A stretch of DNA of 64,000 nucleotides from Eledone cirrhosa (Eukaryota): assembly GCA_964016885.1 (NCBI GenBank), contig OZ024740.1, forward strand, positions 146,258,001 through 146,322,000, read 5' to 3'. Below, piece by piece: positions 24,374 through 38,515 of this stretch. The notes beneath the pieces were generated by a model. That model did no database searches. It was not told the DNA's origin and worked only from the letters and a program-made list of their open reading frames with translations. The stretch's first letter is position 1, and every line of letters starts with the position of its first letter. The position numbers and the translations under genes were made by a program.

Positions 24374-26771
24374 CTACAAAGAGAAAAACACTTTTGCAAT
24401 ATTTCACATCTTGTATTAGGCTAGTTATGCGTTTTGTGGAGATATTCACAATACCAATTAGTAATATTTTAAAAGATATAAATTATTTTTTATAATTTTA
24501 AAATATAACCTAACATATTTCAATAACATTGAAAGCAGATACCAAATTTTAAAGTTCTGTTTCATGACAAATATATTTTTTTTTCGTTTCTGCACATAAG
24601 GAATATAACTAAAATTTGTATTTTAAAAAAAATCTATATTTGTGGCATTTTACAAGAATGATGAATTTTCACTGTGGATCTGTTAAGTTCTTCCAAGCAC
24701 AGGACTTACAAATTTGAAAGACCCACAATCACGAACGTTATCCAAGGTCTGATACAGCTTAACACCAATTACTTTAACAATTCCATTAATCCATCGCCCT
24801 GGACTAGTACACTATTTATCAACCCAAAAATGATGAAAGGTAAAGTTTCAGTGACATCTTATACAAAAAAACTGACATTATATATTCTGCTTCGAAATTT
24901 TTTTTAATGTTGCTGTTTAGTGCAAAGAGGTATTACTATTTTTATAAGATATTCTTAAATACAAATAAAATTCTAACACTAGAGCTACTAACAAGATTAT
25001 CTCCCTTCATTTGAAATTTCACTAGGCATCATACCAATATTTTTTTTTAGTTTCATCACCATTTTACGTTTGTTTTCTATGATAGCAAGGATTGGCTAGG
25101 TTTGACTCCTTATGTTCCATATTTGGCAAGGTTTCTGTAGCTAGGTGCCCTTCCTAATGTCAACCACCTTAGAATGTACTGAGTGTGTTTATTGTGACAT
25201 CACCACTACCACTTTACAGTGCATTTTATTGTGGCACCAACTTTAATACTTTACATATATTTTAAATAGATTAACACTATTCTACACCCACTCACCCATC
25301 CATGACTGAAGTATACCAAAGAAAGCATTGAGTGGAATAGATTAAATCCTAAATTGGGTTTCATTTAGTGAAGAATAGAAAAACATTAGAGAAATAAGAA
25401 ACAACTGACAAAATGTATCTTCTCTCAGTCATATTGGTAATATAAACAATATCACTACTTCCTCTCTCTCTCTTAGTCTATCAACAGAGCAAAATATGCT
25501 TCACTGGTGAAGTCATGTCTGTTTCCTTCACCAGTTGGCTTTAAAGAATAGTTCCATTCAAATCTGTATTGACTATAGTGTCCAAAAATGTTCAACTGAT
25601 CTTATTGGAGTTACCTCCTTTGCTTTGTGTTTTTAAACTGTAAACATCCCTAGAGGGAGTTTCTATTTACTAATTGTTTGGATCTCAAAGTAAACGTAGC
25701 AAAGAAGGCAGGGCTCTAATACCATCTGGAAAATGGCCATGTTCAATATGCAATAATTGGACTCTCACATTTCTCACTGCTAAACTAATACCTAAAACTC
25801 TCTTTCTCTCTCTCTTGGTACTCTATATTTTATCTCCGTCTCCCGCCTACCATTCACTATTCCCCCATCATGCCAAACATGCTGTTTCTATTCAATCTCC
25901 TTATCAACAGTCATCATATAGCTATCATTCTCTCTTTCTCTTTATTCTGTTCTCTATTACAAGCATACTCCTATCATTCTGGTTCTCTGTCATCCTTATT
26001 TTGCTTCTATCACTCTTTCATCTATCATCCTCTCACACTGGTTCTTTTTTCTATCTACTGAGGCTGAAACGACCCTCTGATGCTGCTGAATAAACAGATA
26101 ACATCGGATAGAAAGGACTCTTAGGTTTTTGCTGAGAAGACAACTTTGGTAATGCTGATACCAGAATAAAAGGCATCAAGCACATTTTGTAAAGAGGTTG
26201 GCTATAGGAAGGGCACCCAACCACAGAAAACATGCCAAAATTGGAACATATGAATGAAACATGTTGCCCAACACATCTAGGTGGGCAGTAACTCCAAATA
26301 ACAACTGACTCAGTCTCTGACAACCTGTCCAATCCATGCCAGCATGTAAAAGTCTATTGGGACCCTACTGTATCTGTATTTAGTATGCAGTATTTTTTCG
26401 TAGACATTTTCATGATAATTTAAACTAAAATATAAAATGTTGCAAAGTGTTATATTATATAAAAAATGAACAAATCTTTAAAAAATACTAAAATATTCAA
26501 ACGTGTGAAAAAGGAAAAAATAAATCATTTGAAGCCATTGAATGAGGAGGTTTCTAATAAATATTATTACTATACTTAAATCAAATACAATGTTTCTACA
26601 TAGTTACTTCCCAAAAGAAACAGTTGAAAAACTCCAGATTATATTTTATATATATATATTTTTTTAACAAATACTCAATTTTTTTAAAAACTAATAAATG
26701 GTTTTACTTTGAAATCACTGATAATGATACTATAACATTATTTATTCTTATAATCAATTTTTGATGCTATC

Positions 26772-27065
<294 letters not shown>

Positions 27066-28789
27066 TTTATACACACACACAAACAGAGATAGTAGTTGAA
27101 TATTGCAATTTGAAAAAAAAAATGTGTGTATCTGGGCAAGGGGAGGAAGAGGGGATATGTAAAACATTGCTTTCGCCAATGTATTCCCTTTTAGTCTAAT
27201 TTTATTAAACATCTAGACAACTATACAAATGAAAGAGGTTTAATACTAAAAGAGTACCATCACTTCTAAGGAATTCCTAGATTCTAGAATTTTGCCATAG
27301 TAGCCCAAACTTTGATGAAGATACTCAGACACTCTAATATTTTGACCACCAATGGTCCATACTATGTATAAATTAAATCTTTCATAGTGAAAAACACTGT
27401 CTATGATTTACAATCCCTCCAAATTCTGATTAGTTTCAGAATATGGAGGGATTTAATAATGTAACTAACATTCTTACTATTAATCAGGTATTTGGAATTT
27501 CTTACATAAAATTATGGTGGATAGCTTAGTATCATAGAACTGGAGGAGGGGGGGGGGGGGTATGAAAAGGGTTAATAGCATTACTAGTTTCAAGCAAGCA
27601 TAAAAATGACAATTACATCTTTGATGAAAGAGAAATATGTATAGGACAGTGAAAATCTACTCTTATTGAGTAAGAAGGAGACAGTCATAGAGAGTCATTC
27701 CAGTATGTGTGTGTGTATGTATGAACCCATAACTTCTGATGGCATCTTAAGGAGATCATTATGACATATGGCATGTCTTGGGCACTTAAAACCTGGTCAA
27801 ACCCATCCAGGTCTGAACACAGCCAATTTCTTCCAGAGAAGGCAAGAGAGAGAGGAAGTGAGAAAGAGATATGGAGGAAGAATTGACCCCAGTAATGGAA
27901 CGGTGCTTTTTTTTTTTACCTAGAAAGGATAAAAGCAAAAGTTGACCAGAGCACAATGAGACATAAGAAATGCTGAGGCTATTTTAAACTGATGCTCTAA
28001 CGACTTTGCTAATTTGTTGCCTTCCTATATGGTTAGTAAGGTAATTAAAAATATGAATGTCTGGACCATCAAAGATAGTTACTAATGAGATTCATTGTGG
28101 AGAAGCAGCTTCAAGTTGAGAGACTTTCGTTACCAAACTGCCTGAAACTAGCTCTGGTTCTATGAATCAAAACCATTCGTTTTAAAGGTTTCGTATTTGA
28201 ATTAAAACTTTCCAACATAATTTTATATAAGAACCATATGTAAATAAGACCGTCAATTGTCCAAACCTGAATGTAAATACATCTAAAATTATGAGTCAAC
28301 ACAATTAAATGCAATAATAGCCTAATCTACTAAGGCACATTTATGCCAAAGTCCTGTCGACAGGGATCTCAGTTCACACAGTTTCAAAGTATGATACACA
28401 TATAAATAAGACTGTAAATTGCCCAAACTTGATTATAAATACATCTAAAACAAACTGAAAGCTATCCACGAAATAAGACCATTGATTGTCCTAATCCATA
28501 AACAAAACACTCAGAAAATCAAAACCAGCTATAAACTATATAAACCAAATGTTAAGTTACTATCTTAGTAATGAGACAATTTATAATTTTAATAAATTTC
28601 TCAAACTTTTTCATTAATTACTTGAAATATTATTATTGAAATGTTATTATTGAAATATTATTTTTGAAATGTTATTATTGAAATATTATTTCATTAGAAA
28701 TGTGGTGATAAAAGTATTAACAAACTTAGAATTAATTTTGATAAGTTGTAGTTTGTATTTGTGAATTCATTAACCTACACAAATGCTAT

Positions 28790-28990
28790 GATAATAATGA
28801 TAATGAAAAATTGTGTACAGTGCTCAGGTGTACTACAACTCATCAAAGGTGCATGTATAGTACATAGAATAATGTACAAATGTCAGAAAAGTGAACAGTG
28901 TATGAGTCAGAATATACACAGATACATGCATGTGTGTGTATGGAAGAGGAATATCAGGTGTAGTGTTGGCGAATTTCAGGAAGCATGAAA
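28790..28990 (-). mobile_element. CR1-type LINE 3' UTR fragment
   Basis: Reverse complement of about 48260-48445 (tgtgtacagtgctcaggtgtactacaactcatcaaaggtgcatg). Confidence 0.85.
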
Positions 28991-29811
28991 GTTGATGTGG
29001 ACCTATGTCCTGTAGTGTGGTGGATGCAAAGAAAGGAAGGAGTAGATTCATGACTTGTAGAAGTTGTTTAAGCCATATACAAAAGTGCTCAATAGATATG
29101 AATTTAGTATGATCAATTGAATAATGCCAGCATAGCTTGCTTGAAAAGTAGAGTATAAGTGAGCTGAGAATAGCTAGGCATTGGACGATTTATGCAGGAA
29201 AAACAACTATAATGATACAGAGATGTATTGTAAATCATAAAATAAAGCTTTGTAGCATGCTGATAGTGGAGGATGTAAGTAGCAAAGGGAAACTGTGGAA
29301 ACAAGAAAGAGAAGCAATGAAGTAAGACGTCAAGATATTGGGTTTTACGGATTAGATGACACAGGATCAAGCATTACACTGCAGATCTATCCAACCTATA
29401 GACAAATGGATGTTAAAACAATGATATTGATGCTTTTGATTATGATCTGTGGCTGATTGGGTATTTTCCATTGATGATTTATAACATCTGATGAGTATCC
29501 ATTGTATAAACATATAAAATACAAAATATTTAGACATTGTTGACACACATCATTTAAACTGGTATGATTTCCATCTAATAATTGTTTTTAACTTAAGCAT
29601 AAGGCCAGCAATTTGTGGGAAGGGGAAGTCAATTATATCAATCACAGAACTTTACTGGTACTTTATTTTATCGTCCCTGCAAGGATGAAAGGCAAAGTTG
29701 ACACCAGCAGGATTTGAACCCAGAACATAGAAAGCCATAACTAAATACCAGCATGACTAAAGCAGCATGTTCAATGCTCTACCAGTACTACCACCCTTAA
29801 TTTCCATTTAA

Positions 29812-30018
29812 CCCTTTAGCATTTACATAACTCTATATATAATATTGTGTTTTTGTGGCAAAGGCTTTATCTCATAATATTGAATCTACGAGATTTTGAT
29901 GCTATTTATTTTGAGAACAATACCTTAACATAAAATATGAGTGACCAGTTGTGGCCAGTTTGAACAGAATGAGGTGAGAGAATTCTGGCCGGATATGGCC
30001 AATTTAAATGCTAAAGGG
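29812..30018. mobile_element. piggyBac-like MITE (family A)
   Basis: TTAA-ccctttagcattta ... taaatgctaaaggg-TTGA. Confidence 0.8.
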
Positions 30019-31174
30019 TTGATAAATAATAACCACAAAATAATTGAAATAGGTCAGCAAATATACATCTGAATTGATGTATATAGCAAACAATAATCTG
30101 AATCAACTTTCAATCCTTAAAATTCAATGCAAAAATAATAGCACAATAGTTACATTCAGAAAGGCATTTTCTGATATTTCTTAGTCAATTATTAGACACC
30201 TAACATGTTTACTTACATATCTACTACTTTGTTTAACTATCAAGAATTTGTGTAGCCCACATGATTTTAAATAGAACTTTTGTATGTGGTACTCATCTAA
30301 ACTGAACAGTATTGATCACAATTTCTTGAATTAGGTTAGCTACAAGTCATTTTTCTACTTTAACTATACTATTAATGTTATCACACTGCTTTGCCTTTTA
30401 AAGCAATTGTCAATATTGCTTACAGACCAGTAATCAGGGATGACACTTACACATTTAATCTGATTAGATAAATGCTCAATAATTACAAGCCAAACTTTAA
30501 GCTTTTAAAATCTGTGGCACCACCATGGAATTCAATTCTTTTTCTATTATAATGGGTATTGATATTTGGTACTTGCCTATACTACCTTTCATGAAAAAGT
30601 GTTTCTAGTAGTCTTTAAGCCAAACTGTTGGTTGTATAATATATGTTCTGCTTATGGTTATGATTAGCCATCGTTCCTAATAAATGTATGTGTAGCTCTG
30701 TAACTCTTGATGTAGTTGTCTTGGGCATTTTAAACCTGGTGGAGCCCATTCCCTCCCCAGGTTGGAACACAGCTGATTTCTTCCAGAGAGGGGGAGAGAG
30801 AAATAGAGGAAGAATTAACTCCTGTACTAGACTTGTACTTCTTTATTCACCTTGAAGGGATGAAAGCAGCGTTAACTTCAGCAAGATTTGAACTCAGAAG
30901 GCACAGAGACCCGAGGTGACTACCACAAAGCATTCTATCCAACATTCTAACAACACTGCCAATATACCACATTCTTAATACATACAATACTACAAAGGAT
31001 TCACCAAGAGTTCAAGTACTTAGCAGTCTTCAAAACAACAATGTCATGAGAAAAATATGGACGACCTAACCTTCTTCTCTTAGCTGTGACAATATCATTC
31101 TAACTCTATAAATACTGTTGTTTTAAATTAATCTAAACCACATTTTTGTCAATGTTCTCTTTAATTATTTATAG

Positions 31175-31510
31175 GCACATGGCTTAGTGGTTAGAGCATT
31201 GGCCTTGCAATCGAAAGGTTGCGAGTTCAATTCTCAGACCGGGTAATGTGTTGTGTCCTTGAGCAAGACACTTTATTTCACATTGCTCCAGTTTACTCAG
31301 CTGTAGAAATTAGATGATAGGACTGGGGTCCCTATCATTCCACTGCAAAGTGGTCGTGGAGGTGCCATGGCAAAAAAGCACCCAGCACTCACTGTAAATG
31401 AGGTTAGTGTTAGGAAGGGCATCCAGCTGTAGAAATCAAGCCAAAATCAGTTCCCGTCCCACCCTTGCAAGCAGGGAAAAGCGGACATAAAATGATGATG
31501 ATGATGATAA
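31175..31510 (+). mobile_element. tRNA-derived SINE with an RTE-like (ATG)n tail
   Basis: A box tggcttagtggttagagc, B box gagttcaattc, body tgtgtccttgagcaagacacttt, tail ggacataaaatgatgatgatg. Confidence 0.82.
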
Positions 31511-34500
31511 TAAACCTTGAGGTGGTGAATTAGCAGAGTTGTGAGAATGTCAGATAGAATGCTTTGCAGTATTCATTTCAGCTCTCTACATACATATCCA
31601 GTTTAAATCCTTCCACAGTCAACTCTGTTTTTCATCCTTTCAAGGGCCATGAAAAAAGTACCTGTCCAATACTAGAGTCAGTTTTTGCTGTGTCTCTTTC
31701 TCACCTCCTCTCCCTTCTCTGAAAGCAATCAGTGTTTAGACCTGAAGCGGGATTGGTTCTGCCAGGTCTAAATGCCCAAGATGTTTATCATGAGTATGTC
31801 ATGATATTTAATGACAGTTTTTTTTTTTTGTTTTTGTACTTACACATCCAAACACAAGGAGTCAATTAGCAATCACAAGAACTAACATTGTGGAATATAC
31901 TTAAAATAAACCAATATAAAACATTAAAATGTACCCAATTTCTGCATGGGAAAAAAGCAACAAAAATATCCATTTAAAAACTAACATCCAAAGTTCCTGC
32001 AAGAGATCATAAACTTTAGGTGGATACCTTTCTACAGCTAGAGCTATATTAAACAGTTTTGTTTAATATAAATATTTTAACTTGAGCCATAGTTAAGAAG
32101 TGGACTATATGTTCTAAATACTAAACCATTCACAATTAAGGTGGATATTATGGTTGGAAAGCTAGCTGCATTTAAGTAAAATTTGATGAAACCCAACATA
32201 AATTATTTAAAGTTTAATCATAATTCAATAGTAACCTGTCAGCTAGGTTGGATAATCAACAAACTGTTCAGCATTCTGCAATGGTTAATTTAACCTGGCT
32301 GCCCTCCAGGAATCCTCCTCCTCCTCATCATCATCATCATCATCATCACCATTTGATGTCTATTTTGCATGTGTTAGATGGATTGTCACATTATGAGGCC
32401 AGATAGGTTAGATAACCATGTCTTGCTCATACTTGGTTTCTATGGCTGGATGCCCTTCCACAAGCCAACCACTTTACAGCATGTACTGGGAGCATTTTAT
32501 CATGGCACCAACACTACCACCTTACAGGGTAGATTGGGTATATTTTTTATCATGGTACCAGCACTACCATTTTACAAAGTGGGCTAAGTGTTTTTTATTG
32601 TGACATCAGTTTGACCACTTTACCAAGTAAGCTGGGTGTATTTTACCAAGGCAAACTAAAATATGCAAATAACAAAAGCAGCTGATGTGTAGTTTGGTGT
32701 CTGTAGAGAAGTCACAGACAGGAAAAGAATTTTTTTGTTTAAGGTTTGGTGCAGGGTGTTGAAGTGAGACACAATAGGGATGAGAGGAAAGGAGAGTGGC
32801 GCAGGCGTGATAGTTCAGAGGAGCAGGAACTGTTGTATTAATAGAAGAGAAAGTGAAAGGATATAGTGCATATATGTGCAAGTTTGGGGGGGATATGGTC
32901 TCATATCAGTGTGCGTGCTTGCGGGCAAAACACCATAGCAGCTGCTCTACCCCAGATATGCAAGCAGTACTTTAGTGTGGGTTGCGCTTGTACTACGTAC
33001 ATAATCACCAGCTGTTTAAGAATGAAATAGTTTCTGACTTTGAAGAGAAGATCTAAACAATTTATAATTTTAACAGAAATTCTACTTTAAAATAACAATA
33101 TTTATTAACAAGAGTGACTAAGAATTACTAATTCTAAACCTTCAGCTATTAATGTAGTCAATAATAAACTATCTCCCATGCACTGCCAATCAAACAGAGG
33201 CCTTCAGTTCCTTTACAGAAAACAGTTACCAGAAAATAAACAATCATGTCATAATTTAATATATTCCCAGGTAAAGGAATTTGGACTACCTGAAAAATGT
33301 GATACCAAAACAACCTAAGCTGTGTTTCATAATCATAACACTGATTTGTTTTTATCTGAAGCAAAGATTATTTAAAATTGAAATTATTCATAAAATATTT
33401 TCCCCTTTACTTCATAGATATCAAATGACTCAATGTTCCTAAAATAGACGGGGGGGGGGGGGTTAGTTTGCAGCAGAAGATAGTATTTCATTTCCTTCTA
33501 TTTCAACAAATTTAACATAATTTAAATTATAATCATTCAAACCAATTAATATTTGCGGCACAGTTCTCTTTACAAAGAGATTTTTTTTTAAAATTCTTTA
33601 TAAATTTTATTAATTCAAGCAGAAGAAAATATCTCACTCCAGACTGCTCTAATAGTCGTTATTTATCATTTTAGATCAGTGGAAGATAATCATTGAAGTA
33701 CCCACAATATACTGAAGTAATAAAATATAAAGATGTGTGCGTGATAAAAATAAAGAAAAACACAGCTATTTAAAACAATGTTTTAAGAATTAGAATGGAA
33801 AATTATAACCTCACTTAGATTAAATGAAACAAAAGATGTAAAGGGGGAGCATAGAAAGACAAAATAAATCAATATTAGCTAAGCAGTGATACTACAGATA
33901 TACCACAAAATAGTTGTCATGTTTCCAGCAGGTGCTTGCAAGAGGCATGGGTTTGAAGCTCAGTGTGATTAGGCATAAAAATGCAATGATACTTTCACTT
34001 AGAGAAGCATCTTGTTGGTGGCTTTCTATGGAAAATTATATTTCAATATTATATAAGGAATGTTAGATGGTACATTAACAGCCAGACTAGCAACACAGCT
34101 GCCCACTACTAGCTTCAGCATGTTTAGTTGCCAAAAGTGCAATTTAAAAGATTTTACAGTGCTGGTAAGCAAATCAGCAAGTGGAATTTAGTGAACCTCT
34201 TGAACTCAGAGAAGGCTGCTATAGTAGTAGTTTATGTATCAGCTTGGTTCTCTGCCAGATTAGATACATCTTTCCTTAATATGCCTATTCTAAATTTTCT
34301 TCTTCTCGTGATTAATGGACCGCAGCTTCAGTTATATTTTCTGAAAAATTGACAAAAAAAAAAGCCTACACCTATCTAGTAGCCATTTTGAGCTTCTTAT
34401 GATCCAAAAGATCATAATTATTCAGATGAGTTACCATAGCGATAATGATATCATTAAAATAAATAAATAAAAGTGATAGTAAACACACACACACACACCT

Positions 34501-37500
34501 GTCTCTTTTATGTATGTCTAAGACATATTTTAAAGGAGCTACCAGTATCGGTGTTGTTATTAATTACTGCTAATAGATATAAAATCTATATATTTAATAA
34601 TTGTTTCTACTTTTGGCACAAGGCCAGCAATTGGCCAGCAATTACTCAGTACATTACTGGTACTTTATTTTATCGACCTCTGTATGGATGAAAGGCAAAG
34701 TTAACCTCGGCGGGATTTAATAATGTTAATATTTTAGGACGAGTTTAATTTTTATTTTAAAAACCTAAAGCATATTATATCAAATTTTGGAAGGGGAAAA
34801 ATAGATAATAATGAATAACTGTAATCAGAATCTTTAATAACATTCAATATAATTGGCTTTTCAAATGCAAGTGTCAAAAGCATAAGTGATTAGCAAACAA
34901 ATGGAGGTTTCAGAATCACTTCAGAGTTTTCGTTTTATTTCCTCTGCTGTGATTTTGTTATAACACAAATATATCTACAAATAATACAATTGATAGTTTG
35001 AACATTTTCATGTTATCATAATATTAGTACATTCATTACATAGAAAGCGAGAAGTGTGAGCCAAGAAGAAAGGCTAGCTGGCTTGCTGACCAAAATAAGC
35101 AAGCTGACCTACTCTTACTCCCCTTCCTTTTGGTGTGTGAAGTCAGAATTACATCCTAGCTGTGTGTGTGTGTGAGAGAAAGAGAGTGAGCTGGCAAGCT
35201 AGCTCTAACAATGCTATATTAGTTAAGAAACAGCAACAACAGTGATAGCAGCAGTAGAAGCAGCTTATACTTAATGCAGCAACTACTGCTACTACATCTA
35301 CTACCGAGACTGTGCCTAAGCAACCTAATCAATCAATCGATAGCTTAATATAACCCACACACTCTCTTCAAGCAAGTACATCTTACAAGTGGAGCTGTGT
35401 ATTGCAGAGTGTAGGCACCAATAGCTAGTCATGAATAAAGAAACAAGCAACAAGATAGTTAAAAAAACGAGCTGAACAGACCTAAATAGAGGAGCACAAC
35501 AACAAAGCTTGAGTGATAGCCAATATAATAATATTATCTTCCTCATTCATGTAATAATAAAATATTAGTAACAAAAATTCCACAATATCAATGAACAAAT
35601 AATATGAGCAGCAAGAGCTATTTCAATTTTCTTGTAGAGATAAATAGGAGCATCTAAATAAAATATTCCATAAATTTATGAAATTTCCAAAACAGACTAA
35701 TAATAGCATCTTGAAATAAACCGGTTATAATAAATCTGATATATTTTTAGAAAAACAAACTAGCTAAAAATATTAGAATGATAACATATTCTAAATATTT
35801 TTCTCGTAACAAATATATTCAAATTCAAAATCAATCAATTTTCACTGATATAAGCAAAATTAAGAGAAAGATAATTAAAAATGAAGGTAATGTAATATAA
35901 ATTGAGAAATAATAATTCATTAAGCAGATATATTCAACTTGTTTCATGAATGTAAGATATAGGAAATATTTTTTATTAAACCAAAATTAATTAGATTTTT
36001 CTTATTAAAATTATACAAATAAGTAAAATATCTGCTATAAAAAAACGCAAACGAGAAATCAGAACAATGAAAAAATTACAAGAGAATAAAACAATCTCAA
36101 CACTGATTTTTGGAAAGTGTTTATTCAGACAATAAGATGAAAATAAAATGAACTACAGCTCACACATATGCAGGCTTAGCTTGCTTCCTACAAAGTTGCA
36201 TCTTACGGAAGGATACTTGGGTATTTTAATGATAGAAGCTCCACTCCTATCATAGGAAATAAAGCACCATGCTCAAGAACATAATGCACTAGCCAAGCCA
36301 AGGAGTCAAACCTAACCATTATACAACGTGTCTTCACAAAAGAAAGGATAAAAACGTAACTATAATTAGGCTATAGAAAAGAAGTAAAGTTTTGCCCACT
36401 TAACTTATAATCAAATGAAATATATATGTGGAAACATATCATATGTTTAACAAACAGATCATTGTAAAATTAGGCTCTGTTGTTAAATTCAAGTCTTTCG
36501 ACAGCTAGAAATGATGATTGAACCAATTAGCTTCCTCTTTCTGGAAGCTCATCAGAGATCACTGTCATCATTTTATATCTGCTTTCCACACTGGCATAGG
36601 TTGGACAGGTTGTCAATCTGAGACCAGACAGATCATAGTGACCTATTATTGTTTGTTACATTCTCTATCTGGCATGGATTCTATGGTCAGATGCCCTTCC
36701 TAATGCCAACCCCCTTCCAGTGTATACAGGATGCATTTTTTTTTGTGACACTATCACTACCACTTTACAGAATGTACTGGGTGGATTTTATCATGTTACT
36801 AACACTAGAGAGGCTGTCACATGCTAAGCCAAACTGAAGAACCGTCTCAAACCCTACATTTTCTCTGTTCAATTGTCAAACACTGTAGCCTCTTGTCTCT
36901 CACAACATTTACTTTTAGTGCCATAGTGCTTGTACTGGTGGACGAGTTTTTGTTTTGTATTATGGCATATCCACAGTTAGCTCACTCCCTACAGATCATT
37001 TACTGTGTATATTTACATAGCCATATTACACTGTATCATATATTTCAAACTGAGCTTTTGTAAGCCCAGTAGATATACAAGTATATACAGTATTACTTGC
37101 TGCCTTACAAACTGCCAAATGAAAGCAACAAAGAACTACTTATTAAAAAAGTAAAGATTGATGGTCCACCTATTTGATACCAAACTACTTATGGTTCCAT
37201 GATACAAAACTGTTTGCATTTATCTAAAAACCTTCCATTATAATTTTATGTAAGAATCTTTAAGTTATGCTCCAAACACGAAACATCTTTAAGTTATGCT
37301 CCAAACATCTTTAAGTTATGCTTCAAATAAGAAAGTTAGTTATATTACTAGATTCCTCCAAATTCTTGATTATTTTCAAAATTATTTGAATATCACCGGT
37401 ATTGTCTTTCCTTAGAAATATGGTAACAAAAAGGTTTAAGTTTTAAGAAAGACTAAAGTAGTCAGTTCAATCCTCATTTCACATCAAATGTAAATATATG

Positions 37501-38473
37501 TTTATTAAACATACGGATACAACTTTATATACATATTTATTCATAACTCACACTGTACAGATCCTCCATCTATTGTATGTAGATTGTCTCATGATAAACA
37601 ATGAAATTGATTGTTGTATTTCATTGTAAATTTCCTTCTCTTGTTACTGAAGGACAGTTATCTAAACATCTTTATCTATTAAGAAAGAGGAATGGTTTTA
37701 CTTATTCAACTTCAATTTATTGTCATTTCATCATACCTGTCCTGTACATTTCAAAGGCATTAAAATGTTCTTATGTAATAGTTATTTAATGCATATGCCA
37801 GCTGTAACACTGAATGGACAACATCCCTTCAACGGCAGGTATATCAAAAACCAAAATCTTTGTCCAACCTACAGTCAGTAGGCACCTCTAACAAAAATAC
37901 ACCCCCGTCCCACTACCCCCACCCCATCCACACCACCCCTTCCTATGTAAAGTTATGTTGGTACCACAACATCCAGTCTGAAACAAATGAGGTCGTGTCG
38001 GTGTCACGACAAAAAACACACAGTCCACGCTGTAATGTGGCCGTGTAGGTAACACGGTAAAAACCTCCCAGTCCACACTGTAAACGTGGTTGGTGTTAGG
38101 AAGAGCATCCAACCGTAGAAAACCCGCCAGACAGTCCTATACGAGTAAGACAACCAATCTTGCCTCAAGTGGGAAAATTCCCATCTAAACCCATGCTAGC
38201 GTGGAAGATGGACGTTAAACGATGATGATGATGATGACATTTATTTAATGACAACACAATAAATAACTATTACATAAGGACATTTTAATGCCTTTGAAAT
38301 GTACATAACAGATGTGATATAATATCAATAAACTCAAGATGAATATATAAAAGCATCTCTTCTTAATATGGATACTCCATCTGATACTATATACATAATA
38401 CCTTATGATATTACCCATGATGTGAGTGCTTATGCTTCATTACTTGCTTGGATCAACAAATACTGATTATTGA

Positions 38474-38515
<42 letters not shown>

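Noticed and set aside
26070-26120. Hammerhead-like ctgatgc...aacatcggata motif
   Set aside because: The core lacks A9 and an intact GAAA. It may be a decayed Penelope remnant but cannot be supported.
31175-31250. Possible tRNA gene
   Set aside because: A and B boxes are present but there is no intact cloverleaf, and the sequence continues into a SINE body and tail.
36525-36560. CTGATGA followed by a 6-bp hairpin (gcttcc/ggaagc) on the minus strand
   Set aside because: It is followed by TAAT rather than GAAA, and no stem I or III is evident.
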